Part shown: positions 1 through 10,149 of the stretch, piece by piece | Position numbering within the stretch: the first letter of the stretch is position 1 | How the letters are laid out: every line of letters starts with the position of its first letter | Source: Octopus sinensis | Taxonomy: Eukaryota | Length of the DNA stretch: 16,871 bases | Assembly (NCBI RefSeq): GCF_006345805.1 | Contig: NW_021825068.1 | Span: 1-16,871, forward strand | Direction of reading: 5' to 3' | Notes under the pieces: model-generated | Database searches by the model: none | Seen by the model: the letters and a program-made list of their open reading frames with translations, nothing else | Told to the model about the DNA's origin: nothing | Made by a program: the position numbers and the translations under genes

Positions 1-101
1 CCATTTGTTTTATTTTTTCGGTTGTTCGCAAAAAAAGTTCGTATTTCGTATTTCATGTGTTTACGTTTTATGACGTCCTTTACACATTATGCATGTGGTA
101 T

Positions 102-161
102 TATATATATATATAAGTAGAAGATATATATATATATATATACTTATTATATATATATATA

Positions 162-212
<51 letters not shown>

Positions 213-436
213 TATAAGATGTGCATATATGTATGTATATATGCATATATATATATATATATATATAATATATATTATTTACATTACATTATATTATATT
301 ATATATATATATATTACAATACAATTTATTATATATATAATAATATATATATATATATATATAATATATATATATAAATAAATAATAAATTGTAATGTAA
401 ATAATCTATATATATATATATATGTATATATATATA
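102..436. repeat. Imperfect (TA)n microsatellite tract
   Basis: Direct reading; explains the YIYI ORF 294-524. Confidence 0.95.
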
Positions 437-668
437 GTTTTACCAAGAATCTGTCACCTTTCCAAGACTCCATCTTTTTTCGCACAAGTAGATATAGTAT
501 TAAATTCCCAACACGAACTATCACACGGCAATGGATTTTGTCAGTGAACAGGTCGCGGTTTCAAAGCGACGAAAATATTTTGGGAAATTTTAAATTTAAA
601 TGTTGAAGTGAATCTACCGGTTTTTGTGTGTTTTTAAATGGCTTATAAACACCTTCCCCGCTGCAATT

Positions 669-705
<37 letters not shown>

Positions 706-708
<3 letters not shown>

Positions 709-1943
709 GGTGTCCCCAAAAGATGTATACACACTTTAGCAGCTGATAACTCAATTGATACTTTTTCTTTCCAGATGAAACCTATAGGATTTAATGATGG
801 CAGTCAGATTAAGCTTTGAACAAAGAAAATTCATTCTAAAATGATACTGGAAGTGTGAAAATGCAGTTGAAGTGCAAAAACAGTTGGGGAGGGAGTTTCA
901 AACAGATCCACCAATGCAACTCCCTATCACTTGAATTAGAGATAAGTTTGAAGCTGATGGAACTGTTCAGATGTCCACGATAAGCATTCCAGAAGACCCC
1001 GAACATCAACAACCCCAACAAAGCAAGGAGTACTGGAAATGAATCACCAAAGTCCAAGAAAATCTGTGCGGGAAAGCGAGTCATGAGGTAGGTATTCCAA
1101 AATCATCTGTCCAATGCATTTTGAAGCATTGTCAATGGAAAAGTTACATTCCAAGATTAGTCCATGCTATTAATGATGATGATCCAGACAAAAGAGTGCA
1201 GCATTGCGAGTGGTACTTGGAACGATGTGTAGAAGCTGCACACTTCCAACAAAGATTATGTGGAGTGATGAAGCCACATTCAAATTAAATGGTTCAATAA
1301 CTGCCACAATTGCACCTACTGGGGTCCTGAGAATCTGCATGTTATGGTGAAACACCATGTTAATTTGATATTTGTGTGGTGTGGTTTATCATCAAGAGGA
1401 TTAATTGGACCATTCTTTTGTTATGCTACTGTGACTGGTCCCGTTTACTTGAACTTGTTGCAACAGTCTGTTATGCCAAGCATAAGAGAAGACTTTGAAG
1501 ATGAGGAGTTTTATTTTCAGCAAGATGGGGCACCCCCACACTACCATTGCTATGTTAGATTCCTTGATGAGATCTTGCTAAACAGGTGGATTGGATGAAG
1601 AGGTATGGTTGAATTCACCAGACCTCACACCACTAGACTTTTTTATGGGGATACCTTAAAGACAAATTCTACGCTATGAAACCTACAAGTCGCTGATTTG
1701 AGAGCAGCCATTGGACGAGAGTGCACACATATACCAAACAAATTCTTTTGTGATATTTGTGATTCCATTCCTTTGCGTTGTCAGCAGTGCCTGGACCAGA
1801 CCGGACATCAGTTTGAAAACAGGCATTGACAAAACAATAAAATAATGTCTGTAGATCTATTAAAGTTTGAAAATGAAGTATCTTTTAATAAACAACTACT
1901 TTACAATTGTTTAAAGCGTGCATACATTTTTTTGGACACCCTG
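706..1943 (+). mobile_element. Full-length, inactive Tc1/mariner DNA transposon, DD41D (rosa-like) type
   Basis: Imperfect ~33-bp TIRs: CAGGGTGTCCCCAAAAGATGTATACACACTTTA (706-738) versus the reverse complement of 1912-1943, CAGGGTGTCCAAAAAAATGTATGCACGCTTTA. TA at 704-705 ends a (TA)n run; the right flank is TG/TATA. Internal transposase remnants are present. Confidence 0.92.
794..1829 (+). pseudogene. Transposase pseudogene (multiple stops and frameshifts)
   Basis: Translated pieces across frames: MMAVRLSFEQRKFILK*YWKCENAVEVQK (N-terminal HTH region), [72 protein letters not shown]. Spacing from the second to the third D is about 41 if small deletions are restored. Confidence 0.9.
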
Positions 1944-1945
1944 TG

Positions 1946-2107
1946 TATATACGTCAAGTCTCCATGCATTTTCCATCTATCACATTCACTAACAAGACAT
2001 TTGTCGGCCTGTGTCTAGAGTAGAAGACTAGCTGTTGCATTTATGAGCTAAACCCGAAATCATGAGGTAAGGGAACGAATTTCTCAACTACACAGCCATA
2101 ACCGCGC
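1946..2107 (-). mobile_element. SINE family B, 5' half (tRNA-like head to central TA tract), diverged
   Basis: Reverse complement aligns by eye with 9095-9250 (head GCGCGGTTATGGCTGTGTAG, B-box-like TTTCGGGTTTAGCTC, GGCCGACAAATGTCTTG, ..GACGTATATAC). Confidence 0.75.
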
Positions 2108-2130
2108 GAATACATTCTATATTATATCGC

Positions 2131-2242
2131 TGGTCTCAGTCGTTTGATGCGACCATGCTGGGGCATAACTGTCAGGGGCTTAGAGTCAAATTCATTAAAC
2201 CTAGTACTTTTCCTAATGATTAGTTTGTCAACACTCTAAGTT
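2131..2242 (-). mobile_element. SINE family B, degraded 3' fragment
   Basis: TCAGTCGTTTGATGCGACCATGCTGGGGCA resembles the reverse complement of the SINE-B 3' end at 9463-9495 (TGCTTCAGCATGGCCGCAGTCAAATGACTGA). Confidence 0.55.
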
Positions 2243-4039
2243 GATACGCCCTTTGCGTAAAGCGATACCAATATAAATCAAAATTTTATTAGTTTCTTCT
2301 TCGATGCACCGATTTTCGATTCTACACCGATGTGCATATGTATATATATATATGTGTGTAAATCTCTGTGCGTCATACCGATAGCATATAAGAACTAGGT
2401 AGAAATGGCGAAGTTTTAATTCGAAGACGCCACTTTAGTTAAGCATTGTTTTCTGATATGCTAAAAAGAATACAACAAACATGTCAAACTGCTAACACGT
2501 AAAATAACGAACATTAATTGTGATATTAAATTGAAAGTCCTTGACAAAAGCAGGCCTTATATAAATAATACAAAAAGATTGTCATTTATGCGTGGGTAAT
2601 AAAACTCAGACAAAAAAAAGCAAAAATAATTCCGTGAATTATCTACAAAATCTGAGCTTCTCACCAAATGTCACAACATCGGGAAATTATTCTTTAAGTT
2701 CTGAAAATTCGCATCACTATAGAATAAAACAGAGAAACATGAAATATAGTTTCACTCTCTTTGTTAATTGACAATACTTTCATATAGAAAACTTCACATC
2801 ATTGCAAGATAACATTTTGGACACCGCCTTCGCTAATTGACTCATCTATTATTATTCCTCGATCCAATTCAACACTTAAATACACCTAAATCACACCACA
2901 AGTGTCCTTTCCGTTGATAATCTTACACCTAAGTCCTGTTGGAAAAACAGTAAGTGTATGCCCTTTATATCATCTTATGACAGGATTTATTGTCTTCCGT
3001 TCGAGATAGACATAATATAACTTCCGTTTGGATGCATCTTAAAATATTTATGTATATCAGTGGATGATGTAAACCAGTCATAGACAAACTGCAGCCCACA
3101 TGACATTCTGAATGGCACACCTGAAAAGAAATTACCTCGAATTTCTTTCTATGTGCAGGCCGCCCGATGAGGAGCCATGTTTCATGCGGCCAGCTTCTCA
3201 AAACAAGTTGCCCACATGTCCGATGTAGACCCAAATGCAAAATCAGTACTCTTCAAACGCAAATCATTTGCAAGAGGAAAATCTTCTGCACAAAATTAGA
3301 TATACTTTTTTTGCCAATCTTGTCGGCTGAAATACAACACAGTAGTAAATAACCCGTTAGAAACCTGTGACCACTTACAGTAGTAAATAAAATGAACTAA
3401 ACTACATTAGACGGACCTTGCACAAGTCCTTTGTACCACAATCCGCTGCGACCTTTTTTTATTTTTAAGGTGGTAGGATGTCATATTAAGAGAATTTAGG
3501 TGCTATACCTAGCAAGGCTAAGATTCAGGTAAAAACTTCTTCATTGGCTGCTTGTGTTTCATGACTAAATGTGAAGTGTGAATTTATTTCAGAATACTTT
3601 TTTTTTTTATAATTATTGTACAAAGCAATTTGTTTATACTCTGGTATTTTTTTTTCTCTAATTGATGACAGTAGCACACATATTTGTTGCTACCGCTTTC
3701 ATGTTTTCACCTTCAACTTACAAACTTTTTAATTCTCGTAACATATTTTTTTTTAATGTACTCATCCTCCACATAATCAAACATAACTTGCTATACCATT
3801 AATATTTTTTCCAATAGTCAACACAGTAAATTGGAACTAATGTAGTATTCATTTCATCTATTACCAATAAAACACTTGGCTAGAGAACTGATTCGGTGAT
3901 TGATCAAGCATCAAACGGATCCAATGCTAGCAAATATGTCTACACAACAACTTCCAAATAGTCAAACATTTACACAAAAAATGTTAGGCCTGCAATTCTT
4001 AGTTTGTATAAGTTTAACAAATACCATAAAACTCCAAAC

Positions 4040-4135
4040 ATAATACACTGCTATGTGCATATAATACGCTACCATGTATAATATGCTGCCATTCATGATA
4101 TGCTGCTGTGTATAAGACGCTAGCATGTATAACAT
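4040..4135. repeat. Degenerate 17-bp minisatellite, about 5-6 copies
   Basis: Units ATAATACGCTACCATGT / ATAATATGCTGCCATTC / ATGATATGCTGCTGTGT / ATAAGACGCTAGCATGT. Confidence 0.8.
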
Positions 4136-4262
4136 ACATCTATTTACGGGACCTAATTATCATATAAACTTTATAATATCATGTATATCATGCAACGAAG
4201 GGGAGGTAATCTACCAACGTCCAAATTGTTAACAGATTTTAATATTTTTTTACTTTATTATT

Positions 4263-4488
4263 AAGGCGGTGAGCTAGGAGAATCGTTACCAAGCCGGGCG
4301 AAGTGCTTAGCCGTATTTATTTCGGCCGTCGCTACTTTCTCAGTTCAAATTCCGCCGAGGTTGGCTTTGCCTTTCATCCTTTCGGGGTCGATAAATTAAG
4401 TACCAGTGAAGTACTGGGGTCGATATGATCGACTACCTCCTTCGCCCAAATTTCAGGCCTTGCATCTATAGTAGAAAAGATAATTATT
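4263..4488 (+). mobile_element. tRNA-derived SINE family A, full-length monomer
   Basis: Head AAGGCGGTGAGCTAGGAGAATCG, B-box AGTTCAAATTCC, conserved body GCCTTTCATCCTTTCGGGGTCGATAAATTAAGTACCAG, 3' end CAGGCCTTG..TATAGTAGAAAAGA plus ATT tail. Many homologous copies in the window. Confidence 0.9.
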
Positions 4489-4698
4489 AAGGCGACGTGC
4501 GGGGCAACATGTTCAGCAGCATTTCGTCTGTATATACGTTCTGAGTTCCAATTTTACCGCGGTCCATTTTATTTTTCAACTTATCGGGGGTCGATAAAAT
4601 AAGTACTAGTTTGTGCTCTGGGGTCGATGTAATCGTCTTACCCCTAGTCCAAAAATTTCAGGCATTGTTCCTATTGTAGGAAGGGATATTTTATTATT
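4489..4698 (+). mobile_element. SINE family A, older copy directly in tandem
   Basis: Same motifs but more diverged (GAGTTCCAATT, GGGGTCGATAAAATAAGTACTAG, TTTCAGGCATTGTTCCTATTGTAGGAAGG). Confidence 0.85.
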
Positions 4699-4721
4699 TG
4701 ATATAAAATAAATTGATATAC

Positions 4722-4895
4722 AGGAGCAGGAACAGTTGCACGGTTAAGAAACTCCCTTTGCAACAACTTGGTTTCGGGTTCAGTCCCTCATCATAACACT
4801 TTCGGCAAGAGTTTTTTTTTTAATATACCGCCGGGTCGGTCAATACTTTGTGAATGAATTTGATAGACAAAAGCTGTGTGGAAGCCGGTCGTATA
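4722..4895 (+). mobile_element. SINE family B, 5' half, interrupted by Tc1
   Basis: B-box GGGTTCAGTCCC; colinear with 9095-9250 up to GTCGTATA. Confidence 0.8.
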
Positions 4896-5580
4896 CAGGA
4901 GTTGGACAAAATAATGGAAACACCTTAAATTTTCAAACAAATTTATTTTAATATGGGGTAGAACTGCCTTTGGCAGTAATTATAGCTTGAATTTTACGAG
5001 GTATGTACTCATACACAGTTTGAATTGTTTTCAAAGGAATTTTTCTCTATTATTCGGCTAAAACAGTCTCCAGTTCTTGTAGTGATTATGGAAGAGGATA
5101 TTGACTCCTTATTGTTTTTCTAAAATGCACCATAAATGTTCAATAATATTGAGATCTGGGGCCCGTGGTGGCCAGATAAGATGTTCAACTTCACTAGAAT
5201 GTTCCTCGTGCCATTCAGTAACAACTTTAGCTGTGGGAATTGCTACATTTTTATCCAGAAAGATTGTGTTTCCCTCCGGAAACAGTTCCGCAACCATAGG
5301 ATGAATTTGATCAGATAAAATGCTTCAATAGTCTTGTCTATTAATTCTGCCATGAAGGGAAACCATTGAGCCAGTGGATTTCCAAGATATAAACCCCCCG
5401 CTCCACCCCAGATCATCACAGATCTTCGTCCATGTTTAACAGTTGGAAGAAGGCAGTCTGGGTCGAATGCTTCTTTTGGCTGTCGCCACACTTATACTCG
5501 GCAGGTGGTCGGAAATAAAGTAAAGGATGATTCGTCCGAGAAAATAACATTCTTCCACTGCTCGAGGAACCAATTCTTTT
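4896..5580 (-). mobile_element. Tc1-like DNA transposon, 3' half only (one TIR)
   Basis: TA (4894-4895) followed by the TIR-like CAGGAGTTGGACAAAATAATGGAAACACC. Transposase catalytic region on the minus strand. No second TIR found. Confidence 0.9.
4948..5580 (-). pseudogene. Tc1 DD34E transposase C-terminal pseudogene fragment
   Basis: KNWFLEQWKNVIFSDESSF, VWRQPKEAFDPDCLLPTVKHGRRSVMIWG, TIFLDKNVAIPTAK, WPPRAPDLNIIEHLW, ..AKGSSTPY* with stop at 4948-4950. Frameshifts and stops present. Confidence 0.92.
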
Positions 5581-5800
5581 TGTTTGTGCTTGTATCCACC
5601 AATACACACTGACAAGCTAACCGGTGTTGGTTTGCTTACGCCCCCGTAACTTTACGATTCGGCAAAATTGTTCCATACAATAAGTAATGAAAATGTGATG
5701 ATAAGTATTAGGGTCAATTTGTTCGACTAAACCCTTCAAAGAGGTTCCCCTCCCCCCAGCACAACCATAGTCCAATGATTAGAACAAATAAAAAAAAATT
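5581..5800 (+). mobile_element. SINE family B, 3' half (continuation of 4722-4895)
   Basis: CCGGTGTTGGTTTGCTTACGCCCCCGTAACTTTACGATTCGGCAAAA..GTCAATTTGTTCGACTAA..AGTCCAATGATTAGAACAAATAAAA is colinear with 9345-9505. Confidence 0.8.
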
Positions 5801-5974
5801 AATAACAATAATCTAAAAAATAATAAAACATTCATTCATTATCATATTTGCTTTAGTTAGTTAATAAAATTTGGTGGGTTAAAATTTCATAACCTGATAC
5901 CATGTTATAATGAGCATCCTTAACTTTACATTTTCGTGAAACTAAAAGTGAAGCGTATTATATTGTAAATGTGA

Positions 5975-6238
5975 TTCGTTCACATTCGTCGCCCTTTTCA
6001 AGCCTAGCCAGGCTCATGGGCCCGGTTTCCCGGTTTCTATGACGTATGTGCTCCCCCCAGCTGGACGGGACGCCAGTCCATCGCAGCGTTACTCCTTTTC
6101 GCCAGCTGAGTGGACTGGAGCAACGTGAAATGAAGTGTTTTGTTCAAGAACACAACGCCTCGCCCGGTCCAGGAATCGAAACCACAATCTTACGATCATG
6201 ATGCTGACACCCCTAACCCTTAAGCCATGCGCCTCCAC
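5975..6238 (-). mobile_element. tRNA-derived SINE family C, full length with 12-bp TSD
   Basis: Minus-strand head GTGGAGGCGCATGGCTTAAGGGTTAGG and B-box GGTTTCGATTCCT. Exact direct repeat TTGTAAATGTGA at 5963-5974 and 6239-6250. Confidence 0.9.
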
Positions 6239-6386
6239 TTGTAAATGTGAGGTTTACCATAACTAAACGCATATCGTCTCTGTAAAATACTTCACCTCAT
6301 ATAGTAGAGAGCTAAACCTTTCGAGAACCTTTCGAAGCAACTAAACAATTAGTAGCTAAGTCGTTTTCACAAGCGAATTACACGAA

Positions 6387-6493
6387 TTTATATTTTACTG
6401 TTTTTCTTCTAATTACCTTATACCTACATTTCCTTCTAATTACGTTATATTTATATTTTCTTCTAATTAATTTATATTTATATTTTCTTCTAA
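6387..6493. repeat. 27-bp minisatellite, about 4 copies
   Basis: TTCTAA recurs at 6407, 6434, 6461 and 6488; unit ~TTTTCTTCTAATTACGTTATATTTATA. Confidence 0.9.
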
Positions 6494-6521
6494 CGTTTCT
6501 GTGAAACTGGGGCTCTAGTTT

Positions 6522-6715
6522 CATATATTTATATATATATGTATATACATATATACATATATATATACATATATATATATATATGTACATATATATACAT
6601 TATATATATACATACATATATATATATATATATTATATATATATATATATATGTATGTTATGTATGTATGTATGTGTGTGTAAGTATATATATATCTATA
6701 TATATGTGTATATAC

Positions 6716-6747
<32 letters not shown>

Positions 6748-6771
6748 ATATATTATATTTATAAATATATA
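6522..6771. repeat. (TA)n/(TACA)/(TATG) compound microsatellite
   Basis: Direct reading. Confidence 0.95.
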
Positions 6772-6856
6772 ATTCTTACGCTATATTTATTTTTTTTTCT
6801 GCTGTTCATTTAATACAATTTCTGTTCAGCCTAGTACAGAAATCGTATCTTCTGCA

Positions 6857-6926
6857 TAACAACAACAAGGAAAAGAACAACAACAACAGCAACAACAAAC
6901 AACAACAACGACAACAACAACAACAA
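6857..6926. repeat. Imperfect (CAA)n microsatellite
   Basis: Direct reading. Confidence 0.9.
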
Positions 6927-6938
6927 GAATAATAGTAA

Positions 6939-7160
6939 AAGGCAGCGAGCTGGCAGAAACGTTTGCACGCCGGGCGAAATGCTTAGCGCTGTTTCGTCTG
7001 TCTACGTTCTGTGTTCAAATTTCTCCATGGTCGACTTCGCCTTTCATCCTTTCGGTATCTATAAATTAAGTACCAGTTGCGTACTGGAGTCGATCTAATC
7101 GACTGGCTTCTCTCCAAAAATTTTGAGCCTTATGCCTAGAGTTCAAAAGGATAATAATAG
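6939..7160 (+). mobile_element. SINE family A, full-length monomer
   Basis: AAGGCAGCGAGCTGGCAGAAACG head, GTGTTCAAATTT B-box, CCTTTCATCCTTTCGG body, ATAATAATAG tail. Confidence 0.9.
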
Positions 7161-7164
7161 CAAT

Positions 7165-7210
7165 GATTTCAAATTTTAGCTCAAGGCCAGCAAGTTCGGT
7201 GGAAGGAATA
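7165..7210 (-). mobile_element. SINE family A-related extreme 3' fragment
   Basis: TAGCTCAAGGCCAGCAAGTTCGGTGGAAGG resembles TAGGCACAAGGCCCGAAATTTGGGGAATGG at 12377-12407. The match is short. Confidence 0.5.
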
Positions 7211-7745
7211 GGTCCACACTGGCGCATTAGGAAAATCTTGTCGGTACATGTCAGACAGCTGGAAGTGGCTGATCAGATGCTTGAGGCTTTTGCACCCAGC
7301 TCTTCTATCAGCTACTCCCACACAATCCCAACGTTGATCTAAGATCCCGTTCCAGTCCCCTACAAACAGTAAAGGGCGAGATGTTCCTAGAAAGGCTTCC
7401 AGACGCCTAAATAAATCTGGCCGTTTGGCTCCAGTTGGAGCGTAGATGGCCACCAGTCTAAAGGCACTACGTTGCTCACGTCCAGGTCCCGGAAGATCGA
7501 CTTTCCCTCAAGATCCAGTTCTTTCCTGAACAGCACTGCCACTCCACCTCCCATTCCCGGACTAACAGATGCAAAGATTTGATGGTCATCGAACTTGGGG
7601 TCAGTGCGCGTGTATTAGAAATCCTGGTTTCACTGACAGCAATTATGCCCAATTCTAGAGACCTAAGGTCGTTGAGCAGGCGTCCCTGCTTCAAGGGTGA
7701 CCCCAGACCTCGCACATTTAAAAATTCTACTCTTAGTATGGCCAT
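7211..7745 (-). pseudogene. ORF2 apurinic-like endonuclease (APE) domain, frameshifted and truncated
   Basis: MAILRVEFLNVRGLGSPLKQGRLLNDLRSLELGIIAVSETRI, AIYAPTG, LLFVGDWNGILD, LSDMYRQDFPNAPVWT are standard L1-clade APE motifs. The sequence breaks before the expected (L/I)DR/SDH motifs. Confidence 0.9.
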
Positions 7746-7774
7746 ATTGGCAAAGTAAAGAGAGAAAGAAAAGG

Positions 7775-9055
7775 TTTACTTTCCTCCTAGTGTCTTGTGA
7801 AGGTCGTGTGGTTTGACCTCTAAAGTTGTTTTTAGGGAACCTCTTTAAGAGCCTCGATGTGGGTCTCACGTTCGGGGTTCCCACATCCTCCGGAAAGCGG
7901 GAAGCTCTATTGAATTTTTGTGTAGGAATCGAGTGATATTCGCACCAGAAGTAAATCTTCTGATACACGAAATGTGTTCAATTCGAAGATCACCCCCCCC
8001 CACCATCACTCGTTTCAAATACCGCGTTTTGTGTTACGTGTGTCATCAGTTCCTCGTTGTTCCTTCTGATGAGTACGGAGTTGGGTGTTTTGTGTTGGTG
8101 TTGTTTAATTTCTTTGCTTGACTGGAGTGGTTGGGTGTTGGTGTTTCTATTGTTTCTGTGTGTGCTGCGAGTGTGGCGTCTGCAGTTTTAGATGTTTGTG
8201 TGAGTGTCTGTTCCTGTTTACGTTGTTTACGTTTGAGGGATTCTGGTGATAGTGACTGTTTTGGTTGTGTCTGTGATGGTGTTTTGGGGGAGATGTTTGC
8301 GTGGGTGGTACTTGTATTTTTCATTGTGGGTGTTGTTATGCTTTGTGGAGTTTTTCTTTTATGCCTTTTTTTTTGGCCCTTTCTTTCGGTTTTCCTTCAT
8401 CTTCACTACTTGAAGAAGAAGGGTCTGTTGCTGTAAGTGTGTCTGTGAGTATATGTTTATAATCTTGTTTATGTGTGTATTTTTGTTTGGTGTGAGGGAT
8501 GGGAGAGCTTTCCTTGTTTCCCACTAAAGTGGTTAATGCCTTTCTTTGATGTTGTTGCTAGTATTTTTGCCGGTGCTGGTGATGTTTGTGTTTCTCGTCC
8601 CGGCGTAGGCAGCAGTTGAGGCCGTAGGCGGTAGCGAGCAGCCAAATGAGTCGTTTCTCCACACGTGAAACAATGAGGCCTTTTGCCCTCAGTCATGATA
8701 TGTATCACCGTCCCGTTCTGGAGACGGATGTGGTCTGGGATTTTTTTTTATGTTTTCGGGTTTGATCTGGAGAAGTATCTACAGGTCAATCCCTGACCAT
8801 TCCTTCCTGGTAGTTCTTGTCGCCTCTGTAGGGACATATCCGTCCCCTCCACGATTACGCATCCCAGAAACCACCAAATATCTAGTCCTGCGAGGGATTT
8901 TAGGAATGCAGACACGGGCTGTACGTTTCTCCGTGTGTGGGGGGGGGGGTACATGATGACCTTGCTAGTTTTACTGAGGGTCATTGAATGTTTCACAGCG
9001 AAGGCTTCTGATTTTAACAGCACCGAAATGATACCGTATTGTTTGCCCTTCGCTA
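7775..9055 (-). pseudogene. ORF1 gag-like nucleic-acid-binding protein remnant
   Basis: AKGKQYGIISVLLKSEAFAVKH..KVIMYP..KRTARVCIPKIP..KIPDHIRLQNGTVIHIMTEGKRPHCFTCGETTHLAARY (CX2CX4HX4[C>Y]), then a T/Q/K/P-rich low-complexity linker (8046-8524). Several frameshifts. Confidence 0.75.
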
Positions 9056-9094
9056 TAAAGCGAAAGTGAATTTGCTAAATGATTGAAACCATTA

Positions 9095-9523
9095 GGCGCA
9101 GGAGTGGCTGTGTGGTAAGTAGCTTGCTAACCAACCATGGTTCGGGTTCAGTCCCACTGCGTGGCCCCTTGCAAGTGTCTTCGCTATAGCCCGGGCCGAC
9201 CAATGCCTTGTGAGTGGATTGGTAGACGGAACTGAAAAAGCCTTCGTATATATATTATTATATATATATTATATATATATATATATATGTTGTGTGTGTG
9301 TGGTGTGTGTGTTTGTTGTCTGTGTTTGTCCCCTAGCTTGCTTGACAACCGATGCTGGTGTGTTTACGTCCCCGTCACTTAGCGGTTCGGCAAAAGAGAC
9401 TGATAGAATAGTACTGGGCTTACAAGAATAAGTCCCGGGTTCGATTTGCTCGACTAAGGCGGTGCTTCAGCATGGCCGCAGTCAAATGACTGAAACAAGT
9501 AAAAGAGTAAAGAGTAAAGAGTA
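9095..9523 (+). mobile_element. SINE family B, full-length copy with internal (TA)n(TG)n tract
   Basis: A-box-like TGGCTGTGTGGT, B-box GGGTTCAGTCCC, central microsatellite 9247-9326, (AAAGAGT)n tail. Confidence 0.9.
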
Positions 9524-9997
9524 TTATGTTCATTTGATTCAAGAATGGGAAGAAAGCAGTTGGAAAGTTTAAAAAAAAAATACAGCCCTTTAAAATTTGA
9601 GATTGTGTGGATTTCGAACATGAAATCTGTAAAGTTTGTACCTGTGATTAATTGGTACAGTGGAAACAGTGAGCAATAACATGGATAAATTGATAAAGGA
9701 GAAGGGAATGGAAAGTCTTGTTTGCCCCTTAGGAACAAGAGATATCACCAGATAGGATTTGAGCGCTTGGTGGTTTAGTGAAATCATCTGGATATTTAAG
9801 GTTACAGATAATAACCTGCAACCTACATAAATTCTAACAGGAACAACACCAAATTTGAGTCAAGTCAAATAACAACAACAACGACTGCGATACCAGGCCC
9901 ATATGACCCACATTTACAACCTTTTTCTTCATTAGGGAATATGTCACTTTCTTTTTTTTAAAAAACTACAGGTATATTCAGTCAAGACAGATATTTT

Positions 9998-10006
9998 TAC
10001 TATTAC

Positions 10007-10045
<39 letters not shown>

Positions 10046-10137
10046 CCCTTCTTCAATAATCTCAAGACTCTAAATTTTGGGGTGGGGTAGTGGGTTAGTC
10101 GATTACATCAGCCCCAGTGCTAAAATTGTACTTATTG
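9998..10137 (-). mobile_element. SINE family A 3' fragment with expanded (TAA)n tail
   Basis: TTAGTCGATTACATCAGCCCCAGTG..GTACTTATT matches the reverse complement of the SINE-A 3' part; (TTA)n at 9998-10044. Confidence 0.75.
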
Positions 10138-10149
10138 GATACTGTTTTC

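Larger units (their letters stand above)
7211..9060 (-). mobile_element. Decayed L1/Tx1-like non-LTR retrotransposon (ORF1 and start of ORF2; RT absent)
   Basis: ORF1 remnants with a zinc-knuckle-like motif, followed by an AP-endonuclease N-terminus, on the same strand and in the canonical order. Confidence 0.88.

Noticed and set aside
437-671. Non-microsatellite island between (TA)n tracts (also 1-101), possibly an interspersed repeat
   Set aside because: No second copy, terminal structure or coding motif in the window, so it cannot be classified without a search.
4263-9160. tRNA genes at A/B-box-containing heads
   Set aside because: No complete cloverleaf; each head continues into a SINE body and tail.
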